DNA of 64,000 bases from Paraspadella gotoi (lineage: Eukaryota; Animalia; Chaetognatha). The position numbers and the translations under genes were made by a program. The notes under the pieces were generated by a model. The model ran no database searches and had not been told where the DNA came from. It saw only the letters and a list, made by a program, of their open reading frames with translations. Shown piece after piece: positions 52,608 through 64,000 of the stretch; position 1 is the first letter of the stretch; each line of letters opens with the position of its first letter. The stretch covers positions 5,689,696-5,753,695 of the forward strand of contig CM119265.1 in NCBI GenBank assembly GCA_051294375.1, written 5' to 3'.

Positions 52608-54494
52608 CTCTCTTCTCATCCGCCCAGTAGTTGAGCGCGAGATTTCTTCTTGAATTAACATGATGGGCCAAGAATAGGCGCCGCGTTAACAGGGCGAGAA
52701 AAATCCCTCGCCAACGGTCGGAAACCTTTCTCTTGGGTTAAACTTTTTTCTTTCTTTTTTCTTTTTTCAATCTTTATTTACATTTTTTCCTCTTTATTTC
52801 TTTTAACTCTTCTTTCTTCAACTTGCAAATTAGGGTTTTAGTTAAGATAAGCAATTTAGCCGTTCTAAAGGGTTTGGGACTTGAAGAATTTTTAAACCCA
52901 TAATGAGACAAGAAACTAATCTAGTTGTACAAAGCCTAGAGATTGACTGACAGAACGACAGAGGCACAGATAGCCAGACGGAGTGAAAGACCAACAGACT
53001 GACAAATAGACAGAGTGTTTTGACGGCGAGTCGCGACGCAAAAGGTCTCTCCCCGCGCGACAGACATCTACGCTGCGCGGCCTTCGCTGCGCGGATAAAA
53101 AGGCTCCTCAGAAAGAAGTGAGGAAAGGTCATTGGGTCGAGAGGTCACGAAAGTTCACGCCAAAAGGTCGTCGCATAGTAAAGAGATGAACGTTCCTCTC
53201 CCTATTGTGTAGTAGTAGGTCAGACTATGGGGCGGTTGAGAAGGAAAAGGGATTTGAGAGAAAAGGGGCGAACGACGAAAACAAACTCAAAACTGCGAAG
53301 GAGGGACGTTAAAACTGTGGGACAAACACGACCGTTTAAAAACGTCAAAACCCAAGGCTGCGTTTGAAACTGCTAAAACAAAAGAAACTCGTTCAACTCT
53401 GTTTGTTTGAAAGTAAGATAGACCAAACGATCATCTTTCTATGGAAACAGCTGTTCAAGCTGGCGTAAATTGGCCCGTTCACTGCTGCGGGAAAACATTG
53501 TCGAGAGGGTGAGGTTTTTTTGTTCGGAAGTTTCCCGAAGAGGTGAAACAAACAATGTTTTAAAAAGATCGGGAAGAGAAAGGCAAGAGCCAATTATCGA
53601 AATCGGAGCGCCTTGCTAAGCCTTTTGCGGGGCTAATGGCGCCAACCTCGAGATATTTTCTGAGGAAACCAAAAAATAAATCAAACAGCCAAAAAAACTA
53701 AATAAGAAGAAACAAACAAAAAAAACCCCAAAGAAAGTGGAAAGAAATCATTAATTTCGGATTCAAAACATTGCCAGCGAAAAAAATTCGTTTCTCGACG
53801 CCGCCGATAACGGAAAGAAAAAAAAAGGCAAAAAAAAAAAAAGAATTTTGCCCCACCCGCTTTTTTTTAATAACGTTCCCACTCTCACTACCCCTCCGTC
53901 CCCAACCACATGAAGTCCACCTCCCTTTTTTTCTCACGGGATCCAAAGGGCTTTAATAAAATTGGAGGAAAAGAACAAAAGAAAAAAGGCGGCTCTCCGT
54001 GCTCGGCAATAAAAACTCGGCTAACGCTTGGGCCGAGTTTAATCGGCTAATGCGGAAAAGAGAAGGGCGCCGAATCGAACGTCGGTTCTGAACCCGCGCG
54101 CGAATGCGAGCCGACATTACGGGGTGCTGAGCCGCCGGGCTTCGCAAGGTGGCCGCGACTTTGGAGCTCGGGGATTCCCATATCTCCCCTTCTTAGCCCT
54201 AAAAACTTTATCTGCTTACTCCTGTTCTCTTTTTCTTATTTTCCCTCATTTCCCTTGATTCCTTTTACGTTTTTCCATTTCCTGCTCATGTTTGTCACTG
54301 TTTATCGACTGTTTTTATCACTAGCTATCCCCTGCCTGGCAATTCCATTTATCCCTTTTACATTTCCTCCCTTATTACTTCCCTGCCGCGATTCCTCTAT
54401 TCCTTTTATTGTCTCTCTCACTATTTCCTTTCTCCTCTTCACATTTATCATTTTCTCCCCCCCTCCACTAACCATTGGTTAGGAACCAAGTCAT

Positions 54495-54954
54495 CCCCTT
54501 CCCATTCCCCTCTTTCCCCATTACCGCCCCCCTTTCTCAATTCTCCCTTTTCAATTCCCACCCTTTCACATACCCCCTCGCCCATTCCCCCCTTCTCTCA
54601 TTCCCCCCTCCATTTCCATTCCCCCTTTCTCGCCATATACCGCCCTTTTCCGCTCCTTCTTTCTCATTCCTACCCTTTCCTCATTCCCTCCATTTCCCCA
54701 TTCCCCTCCCATTCCTTTCCCCATTCCCCCCCCTTTCCCATTCTCCCCTTTCCCATATACCCCCTTTTCCCGTTCCTTCTTTCTTATTCCCCCTTTCCCA
54801 TTACCCCATTTCCAATTCCCCCTTTCCCATTCCCCCGCCCTTTCTCATTCACCCTTTGCCAATTTCTCTCCTTTCCCATTCCCCCTTCTCATTCGTCCTC
54901 TTCCCATTCCCCCTTCTCTCATTCCTTCCCTTTCCCATTCCACTTTCCATTCAC
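54495..54954. repeat. Degenerate C/T-rich minisatellite built on TTCCCATTCCCC
   Basis: Recurrent CCCATTCCCC / CTCATTCCCC motifs with almost no G on the + strand; ends at a 25-N gap. Confidence 0.85.
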
Positions 54955-55447
54955 NNNNNNNNNNNNNNNNNNNNNNNNNGCGTCGCGATGGAACTGACGT
55001 CGATAAAATTCCGGGACAGACTCCCGATTTTGATTGAAGACTGCGAACGATATAACGAAATTATGAGCGTCTTCAGTTCAACTCTCTATCATTGTCATTA
55101 TCGCAATTATAATTTAGTTTTAAATTGTTATTTCTTTATTTTTTTAAATTTTTTATTTTCAATTTTTAAAAATATTAGTTACACGATTTTTATTCCTTTT
55201 AATTTTCTACTTTTTTGCTCTTTTTTTTTTCTTTCTCGCTCGAGATTTCAATTTTCTCTTCCTCTTCACATCATTCTCTTTTTTTCCTTCTTCATCTTTT
55301 TTCTTTCTTTTTTTCCTTTGCATTTCCTTCTATCTTCTTTTTTTTCGCTCTCGCTTTCTATCCTTTGCTCTATCGCTCTTTCTTCCTTTTTCTTTTCCCC
55401 TTAAAAGGGCGCAGCGAGTCCGGGTGGAAGGGGGCACGATCTAAAAG

Positions 55448-55507
<60 letters not shown>

Positions 55508-55936
55508 ACGTAGGCGAACCTTGTAAAATCTCGTATATATGAGGAATAAAGAATTTTTTGCGTGGGTAGATTAAGTCAAACGGAGGAGTGAAAGAAAACC
55601 TTGTTGTTCAGTGAACCTGACAGAGACAGAGAGGAAATTAAAGAAAGATCACAGACAAAAATTCAGATGTGAAGATTCTTTTGTCCAATGCGAAAGTCAA
55701 AAAGGGAATCATCGAAAATAAGGAGAAAAAAATATACATATATATAAAAAAAAAAGTAAATAGGGAAGAGGGAGAGACTTATCTCGCATACAGGCGCGTT
55801 TATGATACGTCATTCCGTTGGACACGAGACCCGCATTTCATGTTTTATTTATGAGTCCAAGAATCCAAACTCGCTTGGTGGGCTTTTGAATGAATTAAGC
55901 ACCAAAATCTGAGCGAGAAGGAGAGCAGAAATAAGG

Positions 55937-55991
<55 letters not shown>

Positions 55992-58250
55992 TAATCATTG
56001 AAAGATGAAGACCCAAGCGGAAATTATTCCATACATTTCAGGATATATTTGTCGTTATATATATATCGAAGAATTGGTTAGGTTTGCCCTTTAGAGAGCT
56101 CGGATATCAATGTTTTACTAATCAATTCGCTTAGTAGGCATTTGTCTCATACTAATTTTGATCTTTTCTGCTTTACGCTTTACGCCCTTTTTTTTCTCTC
56201 TTTGTGCTTCAATGAGATACAATAACGATGACCACATCCAAGTCATTGTTAACTGGTCAGTGTAGTCAGTGTGGTCAGTGTGTTAAGTGGTCACTGGTCA
56301 GCGTTGAGAAGGATTTAACCCAATTGTAAGCGAATCTTGCGCGGTTTTAAAACATTAGTCAATCAAACTACAAACTACAAATTTCTGTGTACGAGTAAAA
56401 ACGTAAAAAAAGACTGAAATTTGCAACAGAGTGAGAAAGAAAAGAAAGGAAAATTCTCAGAAAGAAGAGAAGAGAAGAAGAGAGAAAAAGAAGATTAAGC
56501 TGTCGGGCAAATTCTCGATCATTATTTGGCTCGCTGTAACCTCCAGGTTGCCTCGAGCGAATTGAAACTCTTTTTAGTAGCGTTTTCCTGCTCCCTCTCC
56601 CTCGCTTTCACTCCCTCTCTATCTTTCGCAACCGCTTTCTCGTCTAATTCACTTTTTTTTTTTNNNNNNNNNNNNNNNNNNNNNNNNNNNNNNNNNNNNN
56701 NNNNNNNNNNNNNNNNNNNNNNNNNNNNNNNNNNNNNNNNNNNNNNNNNNNNNNNNNNNNNNNNNNNNNNNNNNNNNNNNNNNNNNNNNNNNNNNNNNNN
56801 NNNNNNNNNNNNNNNNNNNNNNNNNNNNNNNNGGGGATGTAAGCCCAAATATTTAAAAAAATGTTTACTTAAGAGAAAAAAAAGACAATTTTGTTTGTCG
56901 AGTAATAAGTGATTTAATTTCTTCTTCCAATCGCGACGCATCGAATTCGAGGCATGCTCCTCCAGAAAACTCGAGCCACCTCCAGTTTTATTTTGGCCGC
57001 TCCTTCCCTCCCTCTACTCTATCTTTCTCTACCTTTCTTTGCCTCTTTACCTCTCTCTTCTCTCTTTTTCTCCCCCACTTTTCCCCCTCTCGGTCAACGG
57101 ATACCGGTCGCGTCGGGGTCACAAAGAACGAAGTCTTATTTTCACCGCAGATCGGGCGAGCATCGGTTTCGTCTTCGGCATCGTCGACGGCATCGACGTC
57201 ATCGGCGTCGTCTTCGGCATCGGCGTCGAAGTTTTCTGCGGTTTTATTGTCGTCGTCGGTTTCATCGTCGGCATCTTCTTTTTTCATTTTCATTCAGATC
57301 GTTTTCTCCTCCCAATAGAGTTCATCCAAAATTCGTGGTTTTTTTTTCTTTTGGAGCAAAAGACTTTTCCTTGCACTCACTCTTGCTTGTTGTCCAATGT
57401 CCAATTCTCAATTTCCAATTGTCCATTCCTCATTCTCAGTCTTCAAAGCATCCCCGTGATTCTTCTCGTTATACCATTTAGTTTCTCTCAATTCGTTATA
57501 ATCTTTACATAATTGGCATTTTTGTTTAAGAAATGCTCCCCTGGCCCTACCGTTGCTCCATTATCTTATTCGACCCCATTGACTTATTCTACACCAACAG
57601 TCGGACCGCTCGAATGACCTTTGACCCGATTCTCCCCCGCTGCATGCCACGGCTCGCTTCAACCCCTCGAATGACCCTCCATAACTCACAGTCCTGCTGC
57701 CCTCCAACGCTGAAAGGTTTACGAATTCAAAACGATCCCTCCAGTCGCTTGGACAGCTTGATTCACTCTAGCAGCTCCAGCAGTTGCAGCAGCTCCATTC
57801 GTTTCAGACGCTCCCGCTTCGTTCCAATCGCTCCAATAGCTATATCCCCTCGACCAGCACTAACCGCTTAAACAGCTCCTGCCGCTCCCAAAGCTCCTCA
57901 TGCTCCTGCTTCTTCGGCAGCATCAGCCACTCCAGCCGGACCTGTTGTTGCCCAGAGTCTTTGCCCCTATTTTAGCCCGAAGTCCGTTTCCCCTTGGCCG
58001 CGGGGGGAAACCGGAGGAACTTCCTTAACCCCGAATTTATTCGCGTTTGTGAAGGAGGAGGAGGAGGAGGAGGAGGAAGGAGGAAGAGGAGAATTAGATA
58101 GGGGGAAAGGGGGGCGTGGCCCTGATTTGATTTCCGATAATCAGAAATGGAAAAGGAGTAGTGAGTCCCTCCTTTCGCCCAGAGGAAAGATTTCCGGTCA
58201 TTTTCCTCTTTTTGCCGTCGAGATCCGGACTTCCGTTCTTTGTTCTGCGG

Positions 58251-58287
<37 letters not shown>

Positions 58288-58635
58288 NNNNNNNNNNNNN
58301 NNNNNNNNNNNNNNNNNNNNNNNNNNNNNNNNNNNNNNNNNNNNNNNNNNNNNNNNNNNNNNNNNNNNNNNNNNNNNNNNNNNNNNNNNNNNNNNNNNNN
58401 NNNNNNNNNNNNNNNNNNNNNNNNNNNNNNNNNNNNNNNNNNNNNNNTTTTTTTTTTCTCTCTCTGTTATTTTTATCTTTGTCTCTCGTTTTTGCTTTTC
58501 TTTGCTATTTGTGTCTGGCTTGCGAGATCGCTGTATTTTCTTTATCGCTTTTTCTAGTAAGCTTTTGTATATTTGAGGTGCGTTGAAGCATCTCTAAAAG
58601 AAATTTTTGAAACGATCACTGGTCAGTCAACCGAG

Positions 58636-61235
58636 CACTGACACCGCATCGTTTAAGGTTCCTTAATTCATATTTTTTTCTTTCTCTTCCTTCCTTTCTC
58701 CCTTTCTCCCTTTCTCCCTTTCTCCCTCTATCTATCTCTCTTTCTCAACTAACTTCAAACTGGTTAGCGCACAACGGTTTTTTCTCCCGTATCATTTTTT
58801 CCCGCTCTTCTCTCTCCGTCTCTATCGTCCAAGGTGAAGGGAAAGTAAAAAAAGAAAGGAAATAAAGGGTTGCTATTAGCGACGGGTTTTCCTTAATCAC
58901 TTTCGTNNNNNNNNNNNNNNNNNNNNNNNNNNNNNNNNNNNNNNNNNNNNNNNNNNNNNNNNNNNNNNNNNNNNNNNNNNNNNNNNNNNNNNNNNNNNNN
59001 NNNNNNNNNNNNNNNNNNNNNNNNNNNNNNNNNNNNNNNNNNNNNNNNNNNNNNNNCTCTCTAGATTCAGTGGATTTGATTGGAAGTGAGGGGGGTAAGC
59101 ACTAAGTAATGCGTGGATGAGTACCGGCCGATGCCGAGTGGGTGACTGGGTGTTGCGGCAGATTGACTAGATTGAGACAATTTCTTTCAAAAATATAAGC
59201 ACCGACCTCTAGCGGTTGTGATAGGAGACAGGCGATTAAAGTTTGGTGAGAAGGTGGTCAATCAGGGCGGGTGGCGAAAAAGTGGGAGTTTTCTTCGATG
59301 GAAAACCGAGAGAGCGAGTTTTAGGTCGATTAGGTAAACAGATGAGTTCCGCGTGATTTTCTCGCTAGAATTAAGGAGAAGTCGATTCTTAGATACTGAG
59401 AATCAAGATCTTTCGATCAACGATTGAGGTAAGTTCAGTTTGAGGTAAGTTCAGTTTATTCTCTTCATTGTGGGGAAGTTCTTTTCCTCCTATCCTTGTA
59501 TGGGATAACATAAAAGTTTTATAAAAATCTATTCGATTCACGAGATAAGAAAAATATTATATTTCTTGCATTCAGATATTGATACCGAAGGAAGGAGTAA
59601 CGTCATTCCAACTGAACTGTTTTTAGTTGTGCATTTGAGAAAAAAATATAAAATCAAGCCTTGAGAGAGAGAGAGAGAGANNNNNNNNNNNNNNNNNNNN
59701 NNNNNNNNNNNNNNNNNNNNNNNNNNNNNNNNNNNNNNNNNNNNNNNNNNNNNNNNNNNNNNNNNNNNNNNNNNNNNNNNNNNNNNNNNNNNNNNNNNNN
59801 NNNNNNNNNNNNNNNNNNNNNNNNNNNNNNNNNNNNNNNNNNNNNNNNNNNNNNNNNNNNNNNNNNNNNNNNNNNNNNNNNNNNNNNNNNNNNNNNGGTT
59901 TTGTGTGAAAAATAAAAGAACGAAATCAAAGAGTAAAATAAAAAAAATTTCTTCTATTTTTGTCAAAGTTTTTTCTTCAATTTTTTCGCTTTCTAGACTT
60001 TTTTTTTTCTTTTTTTTTCATTTTGAGCAGAAACCTTTTTTTTCGTCGTCGCTCTCGTTCCAGTTTTGGATCAGGTTTTAAGTAAGTGAGCGAAAGAGGG
60101 TCTTCTGACTTACCTCGTAGTAAAATTACTTTCGCAAAAGCTTTTAACCTAATATAAATTTCATCGCTTTTAATATGGGCCCGAAAATAGAAACTCACGA
60201 CGACGATGACGACGACAACGACGATGACGACAAAGAGACCAGCACAAAAATAACAGGCGCGACGACAACAGTAACAGCGACGTCGACGACAACGACGACG
60301 ACGACGACATCTGCAACACGCCTTGAGAAAAAAAAATCGATACAATGAAAAAAGAAGGAGGAGGCGAAGGAGAAAGGAAAATAGAGGCTAAAATTGAGAT
60401 GCAAAGCGAAGAATCACAATCGAAGAGAAAAAGAGAAAAATGAGATTCAAATTGAAAAATGAAGTGAAAAAAGAAAAACGGAGAAAGAAATATCGCTGAA
60501 GAACTGGAGAATCACAACAAACGGAAAACTCGAGATGTGAAAGGGAGAGAGAGGGAAAAAAAGCGGGGGGGGCAAAAGAAGAGAGAAGGGAGAAAATAGA
60601 GGCGACATGGAGAGGGAGTTGGAGAAAAGAGAAGATGAGGAGAGAGAATGGAGGAAAGAAAAGTGGAAAGGATTACACATGAAAAGAAAAAAGGAGAAAT
60701 AGAGGAAGAAAATGTAAGAAAGACGAAAGAAAAAGGGTAAATAAAGAGAATAAAATAAAGAACGTTTGAATTGGAAAAGCTGAAGCACAATGTTTGAAGC
60801 AAAGACATCTCTTTAAAAAGAAAAAAAATTTTTGAAACCCGACGAATCAAACTGCGTCAGGGCGTCTCAAACACGGAGAACAACTGGACACCGCATCGTT
60901 AAAGTTGTTCCCTGTCTTAAATTCATATCATTTCTTCTTTTTCTCTTCCTTCCTTTTCTCTCCCTTTTTTCTCCCTTTCTCAACCTTCTCCTCTATCTAT
61001 CTCTCATTCTCAACCTAACTCAAACTGGGGTTTTAAGCTAGCCGCCACAACCGCGTTTTTTCTCCCGTCCGTATTTTCATTTTTTCTCCCGGCTCTTCTC
61101 CTCCGTCTCTCATCGTCAAGGTTGAAGGCGAAAGTACAAAAAAGAAAAAGGAAATAAAGGGTGCATTTAGCGACGGTTTTCCACTTTAATCACTCTTTTC
61201 TCTCGTTCCAATTTCATTTGACTGAGCCTTAACCG

Positions 61236-61272
<37 letters not shown>

Positions 61273-61290
61273 CTCCTTCCTCTCTCTCTT

Positions 61291-61330
<40 letters not shown>

Positions 61331-63462
61331 ACTCACTCTCTTCTCTCTCTCTCTCCTCTAGTTCAGTGTGAAATTTTGCATGGAGGAAGTGAGGGAAGGG
61401 TACAGCACTATAGTAATTGCGACGGGGATGAGTACCGGCCGATTGCGACCAGTGTGAGGGACTGTGGGTGTTGCCTGGGCACCCAGATTGACTAGATTGA
61501 GGACAATTTCTTTCAAAATATTAAGCACCGACCTCTAGCGGTTTGATAGGGAGACAGGCGAATTAAAAAGTTTGGTGAATGTGCAGAACGGTGCCGCGTC
61601 AAATCAGGGCGGGGTCTGCGAGGAAAAGAGGTGAGTTTTTCTTTCGAATGGGTGAAAACCGAGGAAAGAGCGAGTTTTAGGGTCGATTAGGTTAAACAGA
61701 ATGAGTTTCCGCTCATCGTGATTTTCTGCGAAGAAATTAAGGAGAAAGAAAGTCGGATTTCTTAATACTGAGAATCCAAAGCAATCTTTCCGGATCAACG
61801 ATTGAGCGGTAACGTTCAGTTGACGTGTAAGTTCCCAGTTTTATTCTCTTCATTGTGGGGAAGATTTTCTTTTCCTTCTATCCTTGTAATGGATAACATA
61901 AAAAGTTTTTTTATAAAAATCTATTCGATTCACGAGATAAGGAAAAATATTATATATATTTCTTGCATCAGATATGATACAAACGACAGGAAGGCAAGTA
62001 ACGTCATTCCAATCTTGAACTTTTTAGTTGTGCGCATTGAGAAAAAAATATATAAAATTCAAAAAAGCCTTGAGAGAGAGGAGAGAGAGAGAGATGAGAG
62101 ATCGGAGAGAAGAGAGAGTGAGAGGAGAGATGTGAGGACGGAGAGAAGAGGATGAGAGAGATGAGAGACCAGAGAGAAGCAGACTTTCAAATAAGTCGAT
62201 GACGTCGGTTCCCGGGAAGAAGAGAGAAAAAAGACGAACCAAAAGGCACCAAATTCCTTCAAAAACTTCAATTTTTTCAAATAGAGTTTAAAAATGTCGC
62301 GAAACGACGAGAGAGAGAGAGAGAATACACCGGGAGAGAGAAGAGAGCGAGAGAGAGCCGAGAGAGAGGACGGACTGAGAAGAGAGACCTTGGAGAGCAG
62401 AGAGATGAGACGAGAGAGAGAGAGAGAGAAGCTTGCGTTGTTTTGTGACTGAAAAATAAAAAAGAACGAAATCAAAAAGTAAAATAAAAAAAAATTTCTT
62501 CTATTATTCTGTCAAAGTTTTTCTTTCAATTTTTTTTTTCGTCGCTTTCTAGACTTTTTTTTTTCTTTTTTTTTTTTCATTTTGAGCAGAGAAACCCTTT
62601 TTTCGGTCTTCGCTCTTTTCGTTTCCAGTTTTGGAATCAGGTTTTAAGTAAGTTGAGCGGAAGAGGTCTTACTGACACCTTACCTTCGTGAGTTTAAATT
62701 ACTTCTCCAAAAAAGCCTTTTTTAACCTAATTTTATAAAATTTCATCGCTTTTAATATGGGCCCGGAAAATAGAAAACTCACGACGACGACAACGACTGG
62801 ATGACGAAACAAAGAGACTCAGCACAAAAAAAAAAATAACACGGCGCGACGACAACAGTAACCAGCCGACGCGACGACAACGACGGACGACGACGGCACA
62901 TCTGCCAACACGCCATTGAGAAAAAAAAAATTCGATAACAATGCAAAAAAAAAAAAACAAGGAGGAGGAGGGCGAAGAGAAGGGAAATATGAGGCTCTAA
63001 AATTTGAGCGAACGATGCCAAAGCGATGAAAAGAATCACAATCGAATGAAGAAAAAGAGAAAAAAATTCGAGATTCAAAAATTTTGAAAAAAAAAAATGG
63101 AATGTTGAAGGTTGAAAAAAAGAAAAAACGCGAGAAAAGAAATATCGCCTAGAAAGAGAACATGGAGAATTTCACAACAACGGGAAATACGAGCATGTTG
63201 AAAGGGAAGGTGAGAGAGAGGGAAAAAATCGGACGGGGGGGGCAAAAGAAGGAGAGAAAGCGGAGAAAAAAAAATTTACGAGCGAACATTGGGAGCAGCG
63301 GAGTTGGAGAAAAGGAGAAGATGAGGAGAGAGGATGGAGGAAGAAAAAGGTTTGCGAAAAGCGATTTACCACATGAATGAAAATAGGGAAGCAGAATAGA
63401 GGGAAAGAAAATGTAAGAAGAGACCGAAAGAAAAAGGTGGTATAAAGAGAATAAAATAAGAA
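58636..63462. repeat. ~2.1-2.6 kb tandem duplication (58636-60772 vs 60883-63462), likely gap-filling artefact
   Basis: Colinear anchors (ACACCGCATCGTT, GATGAGTACCGGCCGAT, AAGCACCGACCTCTAGCGG, TATTCGATTCACGAGATAA, TTTAATATGGGCCCG). The second copy is insertion-rich and spans both N gaps of the first. Confidence 0.92.
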
Positions 63463-64000
63463 ATGAAGGAAAGGAAATCGGGCAGGAAATTGCAGGGGTC
63501 AGGAAGAAAGTAAAAACAAAATTGGAATATGAGGAAGAAATGGCAAAGGGACTAGGTGTGGACCAAATATACGACGATTGGAGAAAAATAAGGGAAGCGG
63601 CCCCGAATAGATAGATGGCTCTAATGGAGGAAAAGAAAAGAAAAAAAAAGAAAAATAAATGGGAGAAAGTTTGTAAAGAACGATTAAAGAATTAAGATAG
63701 TTAAAAGAGGAAAAAAAGGGTAAACGAAAAGCATCGATAAAAAGCAGGAGGAAAGAAGAGAAGGAATGAGAAAGAAAGAGGGTGGTGGCCATTAGCCTCA
63801 CGCAAGAGGGCGCTGTAAAGGCTTCGTTTGAGTTCCCTCGAACGAACGCGCGAGAGATCTCGCTTGGCGCCAGCGATGAGGTTAGCGAGAGGTGGTCAAA
63901 TTCGGGTCATCTCCATTGCTGATTTGCTCACCCGTCGTCGTCATCGTCGTTGTGCGTCTTCCTCTCGATCTTTCACCTCTTCAACTCTAAGCGTCACCAT

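Noticed and set aside
56988-57293. Acidic minus-strand ORF MKMKKEDADDETDDD...
   Set aside because: The acidic run is explained by a decayed (GTC/GAC)n microsatellite, and the rest runs into GA-rich low complexity.
59200-59218. CTCF-like CCGCTAGAGGTCG on the minus strand (a similar match lies near 63800-63815)
   Set aside because: Isolated short motif matches of this quality are expected by chance in 64 kb and have no supporting context.

Overview
This is eukaryotic DNA, most likely from an invertebrate animal: it has spliceosomal GT-AG introns, no CpG depletion, and very dense (GA/TC)n, (GTC)n, (TATC)n and (AAAG)n microsatellites. It comes from a gapped draft assembly. The one gene I can support is a + strand, multi-exon immunoglobulin-superfamily (IgSF) cell-surface or secreted protein. 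Exons ~4233-4583, 26527-26745, 27027-27233 and 27333-27498 splice in frame through canonical sites into a signal-peptide-like segment followed by three Ig-type domains. Weaker downstream exon candidates are 28364-28606, 29596-29630 and ~31053-31637. The ORF track cannot show this gene because its first Ig domain is split by a ~22 kb intron. Much of the window is present two or three times: 9838-17440 (three copies), 24967-34905 / 36805-47447, 35287-36800, and 58636-60772 / 60883-63462. The copies differ mainly by scattered single-base insertions and lie near fixed 25-N gaps, which points to long-read gap-filling artefacts rather than real paralogues. Almost all listed ORFs are microsatellite or N-gap read-throughs. 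I found no rRNA, tRNA, CRISPR array or recognisable transposon protein, and no convincing new multi-gene system. The best lead is the divergent IgSF gene and its possible regulatory repeats.
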